DNA of 64,000 bases from Eledone cirrhosa. Lineage: Eukaryota. This document shows positions 42,023 to 54,933 of this stretch, one piece after another. A model generated the notes under the pieces. The model was given only the letters and a program-made list of their open reading frames with translations, ran no database searches and was not told the origin of the DNA. Location: NCBI GenBank assembly GCA_964016885.1, contig OZ024749.1, positions 24,738,001 through 24,802,000 on the forward strand, given 5' to 3'. How positions within the stretch are numbered: the stretch's first letter is position 1; the number at the start of each line of letters is the position of its first letter. A program made the position numbers and the translations under genes.

Positions 42023-42118
42023 TCTACCTGGAGTTGCGACCGATAGATAGTACTAGGAACTGGAAAGACCGATGGAAACATTGTTTGCTCGGTCCGATTT
42101 GACGAAAGTCGATCGATT

Positions 42119-42159
<41 letters not shown>

Positions 42160-42179
42160 ATATATATATATATGTATGT

Positions 42180-42251
<72 letters not shown>

Positions 42252-42401
42252 ACATATATATATATATATATGTATGTATACATACATGCATATATATATA
42301 TATATATACATATACATACATATATGTATACATATATATATAAATATATATATATATGTATATATATATACATGTATATATATATATACATGCATATATA
42401 T

Positions 42402-42444
<43 letters not shown>

Positions 42445-42446
<2 letters not shown>

Positions 42447-43316
42447 ATAGTATTGAAGTTTGCTTGAAGCATTGTGGAATAATAAGTAAATATATTTAAG
42501 TCGTTTGGAAGCCTCGCCAATGCAAATGGGTAAATCTCCGGGTAACAAGATCCGGTGGTGGAGAGAGAGATGTAAGTGGGTGTACGTTGAGATGTGTGGT
42601 GTGTATAAGATGTGTGAGATGTGTAGAATGAAAGGAAGAGTATAAAGTATAAAATAAAAATAACAACACAAGAGAGAGTTACCTTGGGAGAGATGTAATA
42701 GTCCCTATATATTTCGGATTCACATCCATCAACTGGGGTTTTTTTCCGGGGTGGGGGAAAAGGTTGACTGTCGGACAGGTGCAGAACGCGTCCACCGCTG
42801 TTTGTTGTTTTGAATATCTGAGGTAATCGGAAGGGCGCGTGCGCGTGAAATGGGGTCGGTCGGGCAGAGGTCAGCGGCCGATTGAGGGAGTGGGAAGGCG
42901 CTAGCTGTCAGTCCATTCTCTGCCTGTTTGTTAAATGTTACTGTCTGTGTGTGTGCGTGTGTTGTCTCGCTTGAGTGTGTGTGTGTGTGCGTGTGTTGTT
43001 GCCTTGTTCCTCTGTATTGGCAGTGTAGTATGTTCGTATAGTGGATGCTACTGTGTGTGTGTGCGTGTGTGTGTGTAGTTGTCTCGTTTGTGTGTGTGTG
43101 TATGTGCGTGTGTTGTGTTTTGCTGCGTCGTTTGTTAACATAAACCAGCCATCTCATTTCGCTTCTCTCTGATCGGTTGTTTATTTGCGGTTGCAGGCGT
43201 TTGATAAAAAGCGCTTCCTTGATACGTAACGTGCCGAGATTTCTTTCAGTCGCTACAATAGGGACAATGGGCCTTCCGTCTTTGTTTCCGCATTTGTCTA
43301 TGTGTTTCCGGAAAGA
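42445..43316 (-). mobile_element. 3' fragment of another PLE (GIY-YIG C-terminus, 3' UTR, degenerate HHR)
   Basis: FRKHIDKC...[17 protein letters not shown] motif; ccc CAGUUGAU ggau-guga-aucc GAAA uaua UA ggg at 42703-42738 (-); (TA)n flanks. Confidence 0.7.
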
Positions 43317-43361
43317 TATATATATATATATACATGTATATATATGTATATATATATATAT

Positions 43362-43467
<106 letters not shown>

Positions 43468-43473
43468 ATATAT

Positions 43474-43554
<81 letters not shown>

Positions 43555-43749
43555 CATGTATATATATATATATATGTATATATATATACATGTATATATA
43601 TATACATATATATATATGTATATATATATATACATGTATATATATATACATATATACATGTATATATATATATACATATATATATATACATGTATATATA
43701 TACATATGTATATATATAGATGTATATATACATATATATATATATATAG

Positions 43750-43797
<48 letters not shown>

Positions 43798-43879
43798 GAT
43801 TATATATATATATACATGTATATACATGTATATATATATATATACATTATATATATATAAATATATATATATATATACA

Positions 43880-43924
<45 letters not shown>

Positions 43925-43942
43925 ATGTATATATATATATAT

Positions 43943-44028
<86 letters not shown>

Positions 44029-44043
44029 ATATATACACGTGTA

Positions 44044-44081
<38 letters not shown>

Positions 44082-44104
44082 CATGTATATATATATATAT
44101 ATAT

Positions 44105-44136
<32 letters not shown>

Positions 44137-44137
44137 A

Positions 44138-45966
44138 AGAATTAAAATACTAGAGTGCGTTGGAGTAAAACACACTAGTCGTATTATAGAAATAACAGTA
44201 TAAGATATAGCTCAATGTAATACAACAGAGCCGAAAAATTATGAAAACTAAAGAAAGAAGCCTTCAATACATCAAAAGTCTTTATTAGTCTACAATGTTT
44301 CGTCCCATTAATAAGGACTCATCATGGCAAGTAAATTGACAAGAAGCATTAACGGCCAGTACAATCCAAAACTCAAAAGAATAGGGAATTCATATCTATG
44401 AAAGCTTAGAAAAGATATCAAGGAAAGGCATGCTAAAGCTAAAAGTGTGCAGTTACAAATATAGACTATAGGGCAAGAAAGCGAGTAATATGTCAGACCT
44501 ACGTTGAAAGTACAGTATAAGACAAATACATTAAATACAACATGGTAATATAATGTGAGAATTACAATATGATATAGAATAGAATATAATGGATAATAAT
44601 AAATAAAAAGTTTAATATATGTGTATATATATATATATATATCCATATATATACACATTTACACAAACACATACTAACACTAATTAAGTAGTTAAATATA
44701 AATATTTTCTTTATAATAAAAATCACCCTGACGGTGTGCATAAACTATACAAAAAAAAAAACAATAGAATAATATACTGACATCAAAAAACATACAAAAC
44801 TACATCATATATATCGTTTGATGTCAACAAATTGTATATAAAGTTTTTCAAGGGTAAGAAAAAATAGCATATAAAACTAAAGTTATGTTGAAAAAATATA
44901 TATATAAATACATAAAGTATTGACAATAAATATATATAGAGGTATATGCAGTGTACATTCATAAAATATTACAAAATATTACAAAATATTACAAAACAGT
45001 ACCTCAAATATCTGACATATATTAATACCTATAACTCAATTACATAGAAATAATATGATATATCAAGGTTAATATTATAATAATAATTATAATAATAAAT
45101 AAAATAATATAATTGTTTCTACTTTAGGCACAAGGCCAGCAATTACCCAGTGCATTACTGGTACTTTATTTTATCGACCCCGTAAGGATGAAAGGCAAAG
45201 TCAACCTCGGCGGGATTTGAACTCAGATCGTAAAGAGACGTAACTATGCTGGAAAGCATGGCGTCCGACTCTCTACCGATACTGCCAATCCACCGCCCTA
45301 ATAAATAAAATAATATAATAGCAGACAGACAGAGTCAATGGAAAATTTTAAAGATATATTTACGCGGTTAATATAGGTAGACATATTATGATGCAAAGCA
45401 GAAAATATAAATATGACAGACAGCAAGTGGTAGTAAAGAAATAATGATGATGATGATAAGAAGACAGACAGCATGCAGTAGTAGAAAAATAAATAAATAA
45501 CAATGAATAAAATAAAACGAAGAACAAAAACAAAAACAAAGACAAAAACAAGCACAGTGATGTAGGTATTACAACTCGTTATGTATATACATATATTAAA
45601 CTTTTTATTTATTGTTATCCATTATATTTTCTTCTATATCATATTGTAATTCTCACATTATATTACCATGTTGTATTTAATGTATTTGTCTTATACTGTA
45701 TTTTAACGTAGGTTTGACATATTACTCGCTTTCTTGCCCTATAGTCTATATTTGTAACTGCACACTTTTAGCTTTAGCATGCTTTTCCTTGATATCTTTC
45801 CTAAGCTTTCATAGATATGAATTCCCTATTCTTTTGAGTTTTGGTTGTTCTGGCCGTTAATGCTTCTTGTCAATTTACTTGCCCTGATGAGTCCTTATTA
45901 ATGGGACGAAACATTGTAGGCTAATAAAGACTTTTGATGTATTGAAGGGTTCTTTGTTATTTTTTA
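44138..45966. mobile_element. Non-coding head-to-head pair of PLE 3' ends, related to the 46770-54320 element
   Basis: 44138-44330 is similar to the reverse complement of 54130-54318; 45584-45966 is the reverse complement of ~44245-44630; intact HHR at 45881-45921 (+), core-mutated copy at ~44289-44328 (-). Confidence 0.8.
45114..45298 (-). mobile_element. tRNA-derived SINE nested in a PLE remnant, 21-bp TSD
   Basis: Reverse complement of 30355-30540; TSD taataaataaaataatataat at 45093-45113 and 45299-45319. Confidence 0.9.
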
Positions 45967-46005
45967 TAATATATATATATATAAATATAAATATATACAT
46001 ATAGT

Positions 46006-46067
<62 letters not shown>

Positions 46068-46147
46068 CATGTATATATATATATATATATACATGTATAT
46101 ATATATGTATATATATATATACATGTATATATATATATATATACATG

Positions 46148-46205
<58 letters not shown>

Positions 46206-46367
46206 CATGTATATATATATATATATATACATGTATATAATGTAGGAGGTGAGTTCTATTGTAGTACAATAAAGCAATGCAGATATCGGGTAAGAAGCAC
46301 TCTACACTTTGTAGGACTGGAGTATACATAATATAAGATCAAAAGATGGTTAAAGGAGATCCATGTA

Positions 46368-46434
46368 TTTTATTATGCGCATTTCAAAAACAAACATCAT
46401 CATGCAATAATATTTGTGTTTTCATCAGATAAAA
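46368..46434 (-). ncRNA. Type I HHR in a ~255-bp island (46238-46492) within (TA)n
   Basis: ttttat CUGAUGA aaacacaaauauuauugcaugaugauguuuguuuuu GAAA ugcgca UA ataaaa; palindromic stem III AUGCGCAU. Confidence 0.78.
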
Positions 46435-46503
46435 CAGGAGAACATGATATGAAGGCTAAAAAACACTTGTGGATAGTGCAGTTTTAAATCAACATATATA
46501 TAT

Positions 46504-46553
<50 letters not shown>

Positions 46554-46677
46554 ATATATATAAATATATAAATATATATACATGTATATACATATATATA
46601 TATACATGTATATATATATATATACATGTATATATATATATATATTCATGTATATATATATATATATATATATACAT

Positions 46678-46775
<98 letters not shown>

Positions 46776-48435
46776 ACAAGAAGTATCATCGGCCAATACA
46801 AGCCGAAAACTCCGTAGAATATGGAGTGTACATGCACTAAAGTATTGCAAGAATATGGGTAAAAACATATAATAAAAATCACTAAGGAGGTTATAACATT
46901 TAGAACCATATTACAAATATAGTCCAAAGCCCAAAAAAACCTAGAGCTAAACAAAGGTGGTTATATAGAGCGGGACTTATATATAATACTATATAATATA
47001 ATATAATATACTTGTAACAATATTAATAGGTACAATATACATATGTATATATGTACGCACACGCACGCACATATACACATACATCAATACACTTATCCAT
47101 CTTCAACAGCACAAATTAAACCTTATTAAGAGTTTAAATATAAATAGGCCTGATAGGAATAAAAATAATAATAATAATACGTATATCTAATATACATGAG
47201 GTAATAATATGATATAATTATAAGTAGCACATATAATATATAATAAACTATACAATTATATACTATATAATATAATATAATAGATATTCTCCGGTTAATT
47301 TACACCAACAATATAGATGTCACAATAATACTATAATAATAATATAATAACATATATAATATATAATATATAATATATAATGGCATGCAATCAATTCATG
47401 TAGAGTTACAGAGTAGGTGAGAAAAAATATAAACTGTACAATACCCAAAATGATGATGGTACAAACATATAAACATCTTACATGATATATAAAGTTTAAC
47501 ATATCATAATGGTACATATAATCAACGGTAAGTAATAAGGATCGATAGTACAATAACAAATACAATATAAAATAATTAACATAATATAATATATAATTAC
47601 TAATAATTACAAGGTTGGTAAACAGACATATATGTGGATGAGTGAGTAAGGGCCAGACAGTAAATAGAATGCACAGTAGTATTAATAAATAAATAAATAA
47701 ATAAATAGAATCAACCGGAAATTAAAAAACAAAAACAAAAGTATATACTTAGGTCTACATGCAGTTAAGTAAAAACTTAGGAAACAACCCCGGTAAATGA
47801 CTCGAAAACCCTATTTGATAAATTAATATTAAAAATATTTAAAATATCTAATAAGGCAAACCAATACTAGCTATGGTTTAAGTAATCAAAATTTATAGAC
47901 GTTAATATTTCACTACAAATATATATATAAAGGAATGAAATTTTCTACTATCATTTACATAACCATATCTAAAAAACTGACTTAAGCAGAATTATGGTCG
48001 TCTAATAGGGACAGAAAAAAAGAAATGTATGGAGGATGCAAAGGAGCATAAAATCGTAGTCAATATACTATATTAAATAATAGAAAGGAGCGTAAAAGAG
48101 GGGGGGATTAAATATAACATAATCTATTTGAAGGGGTTGACAATAAGTTTATGTGCGCATGGGGGTGGGGATGGGGGGTGGGGGGTTATCCAAAGAAGAG
48201 TACAAATAAAATAAAATCAAATAAAAAAAAATAATGTAAAATATATAATCAGATATATACTCGTAAGGTGTTAATAGTGAAAATTTAATGCGTAAGAAGT
48301 TACATATGGTATAGTAGCCAAAAGATTATGAGAGCTAGAATAAAGAGTTGTCAAAAACCAATGATAATAATGATGATAATGATGGTGGTAAACAAAAAGA
48401 ACCTAAACTAAAAAATAAGTAATGGAATATATCAG

Positions 48436-49831
48436 CTAATGGATACAACTTATACTACTAGAACCTATAGGTTTATAATAAAAGTAAGAATTAGAAATAG
48501 CGTGGGGGCAAGAAGAGAATATCTCAGACTTTCTATTAAGTAAGGATTCGCTAGAGAAAATTATAGAGTGTGTCTCGAGGATACAGAGATTACACAATTT
48601 AGTATGTGTAGAAAGGTTATTAGAGCGTGCTACAAAACGCCAATTAAGGCTATATGGTATATTAGCCCCCTTAAGATCCCATATATAGTGTGCTAAAGAA
48701 GTAGAATTCTTAAACTTAACATGTTTGAAATTAGAGATATGAGAATTAAACCTAGTCTTAAAAGTGTTAGATGTAGAACCTATATAAGTTCTATTAGAGG
48801 AATTATTTATAACTACACAAGCATAGACGATGTTCTTAGAGAGGCAGTTACCGTTTAAAGGGCAGTTAGCACTCACTCTACAGTTACACTTCCGGTGCTA
48901 TTGGTTGCCTGAAGTAGTGATGCATTACACGTAGGATTGCTATTAGATAAAGTCTTTTCTGGTGGTAAGGCATTTCCAGATCTGTTCAGACTAGTAGAAT
49001 GTAGAGAGGAGAATCCATCCCTAATTTTCCTATTGTTAGTGATAGCTAAATGAGAACTAATATTAGGGGTGGTAGAGAATGAATGTTTAATAACATTTTT
49101 ATTAAAAAACAATGGTATTTATGAGAAGGGGGGAAATTTTTCTCTAAGATAGAAAAGAAAGACCTAGGGATATTAGTTAATACTTGCTGATTATATGGCG
49201 GGTTAAAATAAGTATTTAGTCTCCTATTTTTATCCTTACCGACTCTACCATTATCTAATATCCCACTATTAAGACTAGGGTTACTACAAGGATTAGTTAA
49301 AACCACATTATTAGAATCAGCCAAAATTCCATTAAGTCTCTTACTGTTTCTACCTCCAGTAGATCTGCTGTCGTCTGGAATCCCATGAAAAGGATTAGGC
49401 CCAATAATAGGATCAGTAGAAGTAACATTATTAGAATTAGATCTAGCAAAATTATCACCAATGAGTGAGCGCTCAGAGGGTTCGACTTGTTTCCTAGAGG
49501 TATTATATTCCCTATTACGAGTCCTGTGGGTTAACTTATAGATGGGTTCAGATACACCTATGTAATCTTTACGGTTATTATGCTTCCTACTCCCATTCAT
49601 GGCCATGTTTTGTGATATTATGTTATTATTATTATAAGTAAGCGGAGACTTTATAAGGTTACTATTATTATAATGTATTTTACTAGAGTAACCGGAATTT
49701 GCTAGGGCATTATTATAGTACTCCGCATATTCATTAAATGTTCCTACGTCCTTAGAGACTGTGGAAATCCTATTAGATACACCCTTAATTATAGAGCTTA
49801 TCATAGATTTGGGGTGGTTAGAATTGGGACT
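48436..49831 (-). pseudogene. Inverted partial copy of the PLE ORF (thumb, linker, GIY-YIG), frameshifted
   Basis: ORFs 49046-49804, 48873-49112 and 48436-48876 match the C-terminal part of the 611-aa ORF. Confidence 0.9.
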
Positions 49832-52422
49832 CCTTTGTAAAAAGGATTAGATGACGTGCTTTCCACTATGATAATAATAAGAATAGGAAGGACCCCAGGA
49901 ATATAACAAATTTTAATAACTATGGCTTCAAAACTTATAAGAGCCCACCACATAATATTCTATTGAATAGTTTTGAAAGTGACTTACTCTCTCTTGTCAA
50001 AAATATTAAGTATAGGCCAAATAATAGACATAGAAATTATAATAAATTTGATAAGTTCCAATCTAGACTTAAAAATATTGTTAAGGGTTTTGGTGAGAAT
50101 AAGTCCATTTTTGTCCGGCGGATAAGACTAAGAATCTATACTCCATGGATTACAGTGCTTACCGTGACTTTATTTATAAGGAGCTACATAGAAATTATAA
50201 AAAAACTACGCTTGATAATTTGAACCACATCAATAGTGAGGGTCTTAAAATTGTCTCTGACCTCGGCCTCGATAAGTATACCCAGCCATATTACCCTCGA
50301 GAACCGAGATTCACTCTTAAGGATCATAAGGTAGATTTCATTAGTAACCCCTCTGTTAGACTCATCTGTCCTTCTAAGTCCGATATAGCCATAATCAGTA
50401 AAAATAATCCTTGACCTTATTATACCAGATGTTAGGAATAAAGTTAATTTTAACCCATGGGGCAACACTAAGGAAGTTATAGATTGGTTCTCTGGGATTA
50501 ATAAACTTGAATCTAATAATTTTATCCAATTCGATATTGATGCCTACTACATATCGATTTCATCCATCCTCCTCAATAAAGCTTTAATGTTGGCCATGAG
50601 AGTGTCCAGCCTTACACGATCACAGGTAGATATTATACTAGCAGCCCGTAGAACTATTATTAAATTTGAGGACACATTTTGGACCCGTAAAAACACGCCC
50701 AACAATTTCGAGGTTACAATGGGTTCGAGTGATTCGGCCCAGGTAACTGATCTTCTTGGGTTGTTCCTCCTAAATGAACTATATGTTACCTTTCCGCACC
50801 TTAAAGACCGACTGTATCGTGATGATGCATTGTTTGTAATTAACTCTAGCACCAACAATGTCGAGCATAAGAAGAAGCTTTATAAGTTTTTTAAAAGCTA
50901 TAACCTTTCGATCACGATAGATAGAAACGATAGAGCGGTGAACTCTTTATATGTGACTTTGGACTTGGTCACTAAAAGTTTTAAACCCTTCCATAAGCCT
51001 AATGAAATACTTTCTTATGTTAGTCCCAATTCTAACCACCCCAAATATATGATAAGCTCTATAATTAAGGGTGTATCTAATAGGATTTCCACAGTCTCTA
51101 AGGACGTAGGATCATTTAATGAACATGCGGAGTACTATAATAATGCCCTAGCAAATTCCGGTTACTCTAGTAAAATACATTATAATAATAGTAACCTTAG
51201 AAAGTCTCCGCTTACTTATAATAATAATAACATAATATCACTTAACATGGCCATGAATGGGAGTAGGAAGCATAATAACCGTAAAAATTACATAGGTGTA
51301 TCTGAACCCATCTATAAGTTAACCCACGGGACTCGTAATAGGGAATATAATACCTCTAGGAAACAATTCGAACCCTCTGAGCGCTCCCTCATTGGTGATA
51401 ATTTTGCTAGATCTAATTCTAATAATGTTGCTTCTACTGATCCTATTATTGGCCCTAATCCTTTTCATGGGATTCCAGACGACAGCAGATCTACTGGAGG
51501 TAGAAACAATAGGAGACTTAATGGAATTTTGGCAGATTCTAATAATGTGGTTTTAACTAATCCTTGTAGTAACCCTAGTCTTAATAGTGGGATATTAGAT
51601 AATGGTAGAGTCGGGAAGGATAAAAATAGAAGGAGACTAAATACTTATTTTAAACCGCCATATAATCAGGAAGTATTAACTAATATCCCTAGGTCTTTCT
51701 TTTCTATCTTAGAGAAAAATTTCCCCCCTTCTCATAAATACCATAGTATTTTTAATAAAAATGTTATTAAACATTCATTCTCTACCACCCCTAATATTAG
51801 TTCTCATTTAGCTAGCACTAACAATAGGAAAGTTAGGGATGGATTCTCCTCTCTACATTCTACTAGTCTGAACAGATTTGGAAATGCCTTACCACCAGAA
51901 CAGACCTTATCTAATAGCAATTCTACGTGTAATGCATCACTACTTCAGCCAACCAATAGCACCCGGAAGTGTAACTGTAGAGTGAGTGCTAACTGCCCTT
52001 TAAACGGTAACTGCCTCTCTAAGAACATCGTCTATGCTTGTGTAGTTATAACTAATTCCTCTAATAGAACTTATATAGGCGCTACATCTAACACTTTTAA
52101 GACTAGGTTTAATTCTCATATCTCTAATTTCAAACATGTTAAGTTTAAGAATTCTACTTCTTTAGCACACTATATATGGGATCTTAAGGGGGCTAATATA
52201 CCATATAGCCTTAATTGGCGTTTAGTAGCACGCTCTAATAACCTTTCTACACATACTAAATTTTGTAATCTCTGTATCCTCGAGACACACTCTATAATTT
52301 TCTCTAGCGAATCCTTACTTAATAGAAAGTCTGAGATATTCTCTTCTTGCCCCCACGCTATTTCTAATTCTTACTTTTATTATAAACCTATAGGTTCTAG
52401 TAGTATAAATTGTATCCATTAG
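49831..52422 (+). pseudogene. PLE RT + GIY-YIG (5'-truncated, frameshifted N-terminus; uninterrupted 611-aa segment 50587-52422)
   Basis: VTMGSSDSAQVTDLLGL, LYRDD, SNHP, CNCRVSANCPLNGNCL..IVY..TYIG..FKTRFNSH, CNLCILE. Confidence 0.9.
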
Positions 52423-54131
52423 CTGATATATTCCATTACTTATTTTTTAGTTTAGGTTCTTTTTGTTTACCACCATCATTATCATCATTATTATCATTGG
52501 TTTTTGACAACTCTTTATTCTAGCTCTCATAATATTTTGGCTACTATACCATATCTATCTTCTTACGCATTAAATTTTCACTATTAACACCTTACGAGTA
52601 TATATCTGATTATATATTTTACATTATTTGATTTTATTTGATTTTATTTTATTTGTACTCTTCTTTGGATAACCCCCCACCCCCCACCCCCACCCCCATG
52701 CGCACATAAACTTATTGTCAACCCCTTCAAATAGATTATGATTATATTTAATCCCCCCTCTTTTACGCTCCTTTCTATTATTTAATATAGTATATTGACT
52801 ACGATTTTATGCTCCTTTGCATCCTCCATACATTTCTTTTTCTCTGTCCCTATTAGCCTACCATAATTCTGCTTAAGTCAGTTTTTTAGATATCTTTATG
52901 AAAATGATAGTAGAAAATTTCATTCCTTTATATATATATTTGTTGTGAAATATTAACGTCTATAAATTTTGATTACTTAAACCATAGCTAATATTGTATT
53001 GCCTTATTAGATATTTTAAATATTTTTAATATTAATTTATCAAATAGGGTTTTCGAGTCATTTACCGGGGTTGTTTCCTAAGTTTTTACTTAACTGCATG
53101 TAGACCTAAGTATATACTTTTGTTTTTGTTTTTTTAATTTCCGGTTGATTCTATTTATTTATTTATTTATTTATTTATTAATACTACTGTGCATTCTATT
53201 TACTGTCTGGCCCTTACTCACTCATCCACATATATGTCTGTTTACCAACCTTGTAATTATAAGTATTTATATATTATATTATGTTAATTATTTTATATTG
53301 TATTTGTTATTGTAATATCGATCCTTATTACTTACCGTTGATTATATGTAACATTGTGATATGTTAAACTTTATATATCATGTAAGATGTTTATATTTTT
53401 GTACCATCATAATTTTGGGTATTGTACAGTTTATATTTTTCCTCACCTACTCTGTAACTCTATAAGAATTGATTTGTTAAATTGAATGCCATTATATATT
53501 ATATATTATATATGTTATTATATTATTATTATAGTATTATTGTGACATCTATATTGTTTGTGTAAATTAACCGGAGATTATCTATTATATTATATCATAT
53601 AGTATATAATTGTATAGTTTATTATATATTATATGTGCTACTTATAATTATATCATATTATTACCTCATGTATATTAGATATACGTATTATTATTATTAT
53701 TATTATTTTTATTCCTATCATGCTTATTTATATTTAAACTCTTAATAAGGTTTAATTTGTGCTGTTGAAGTTGGATATGTGTATTGATGTATGTGTATAT
53801 GTGCGTACGTGTGCGTACATATATACATATGTATATTGTACCTTTTAATTTTTATTGTAATTTTAATATTGTTACAAGTATATTATATTATATTATATAG
53901 TATTATATATAAGTCCCGCTCTATATAACCACCTTTGTTTAGCTCTACGTTTTTTGTTTTTTTTTGCTTTGTACTATATTTGTAATATGGTTCTAAATGT
54001 TATACACCTCCTTAGTGATTTTTATTATATATTTTTACCCATAATCTTGCAATACTTTAGTGTATGTACATTCCATATTCTTCGGAGTTTTCGGCTTGTA
54101 TTGGCCGATAATACTTCTTGTTGTTTTAATT

Positions 54132-54169
54132 GCCCTGATGAGTCCGTAATAGGACGAAACATTGTTGGC
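54132..54169 (+). ncRNA. Minimal type I HHR at the PLE 3' end
   Basis: gcc CUGAUGA gucc-guaaua-ggac GAAA cauug UU ggc. Confidence 0.85.
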
Positions 54170-54374
54170 TAATAAAGACTTTTGATGTATTGAAGGCTTT
54201 TTTGTTTTACTTACATAATTCTTCGGCTCTGTTTAATTACATCGAGCTATACCTTTTACTGTCATTTCTATAATACGAAGAGGCTGTTTAACTTCAACAC
54301 GCTCCAGTATTTTAATCCTTAAATATATATATATATATATATATACATGTGTATATGTATATATATATATACAC

Positions 54375-54442
<68 letters not shown>

Positions 54443-54516
54443 GTGTATATATATATATATATATATATACATGTGTATATATATATACATGTATATATAC
54501 ACGTGTATATATATAC

Positions 54517-54558
<42 letters not shown>

Positions 54559-54872
54559 GTGTATATATATATGAGTATACATATACATGTGTATATATAT
54601 ATATATATGAGTATACATATACACATGTATATATATATATACACATGAGTATATATATATATATATTTATATCTAAAGAGTGATAAGTAGGTAAGTAGTT
54701 ATATAGTTAGTTATATAGTGTGAAAAATACCTAGCATAATATATAGAAATAGAGAAAGAGAGATAGAAAGACAAGTAGACAGATAGATAGATAGACAAAC
54801 AGATAGTTATAGGAACATTGAAACATGTCGGAATGTAATAAAATAGATGTAAAAGGATAAAATATGTGATAA

Positions 54873-54933
<61 letters not shown>

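Larger units (their letters stand above)
46770..54320. mobile_element. Penelope-like element as a 7.5-kb head-to-head structure: inverted arm 46770-49831 (-), main arm 49831-54320 (+)
   Basis: The minus arm corresponds to ~51022-54125 of the plus arm; both outer ends run into (TA)n; HHR at 54132-54169. Confidence 0.9.

Noticed and set aside
49852-49854. In-frame TGA in the PLE as possible selenocysteine (as in Naiad PLEs)
   Set aside because: Aligns with Trp in the other PLE (RIRWRAF); the element has a C-terminal endonuclease and other disabling mutations
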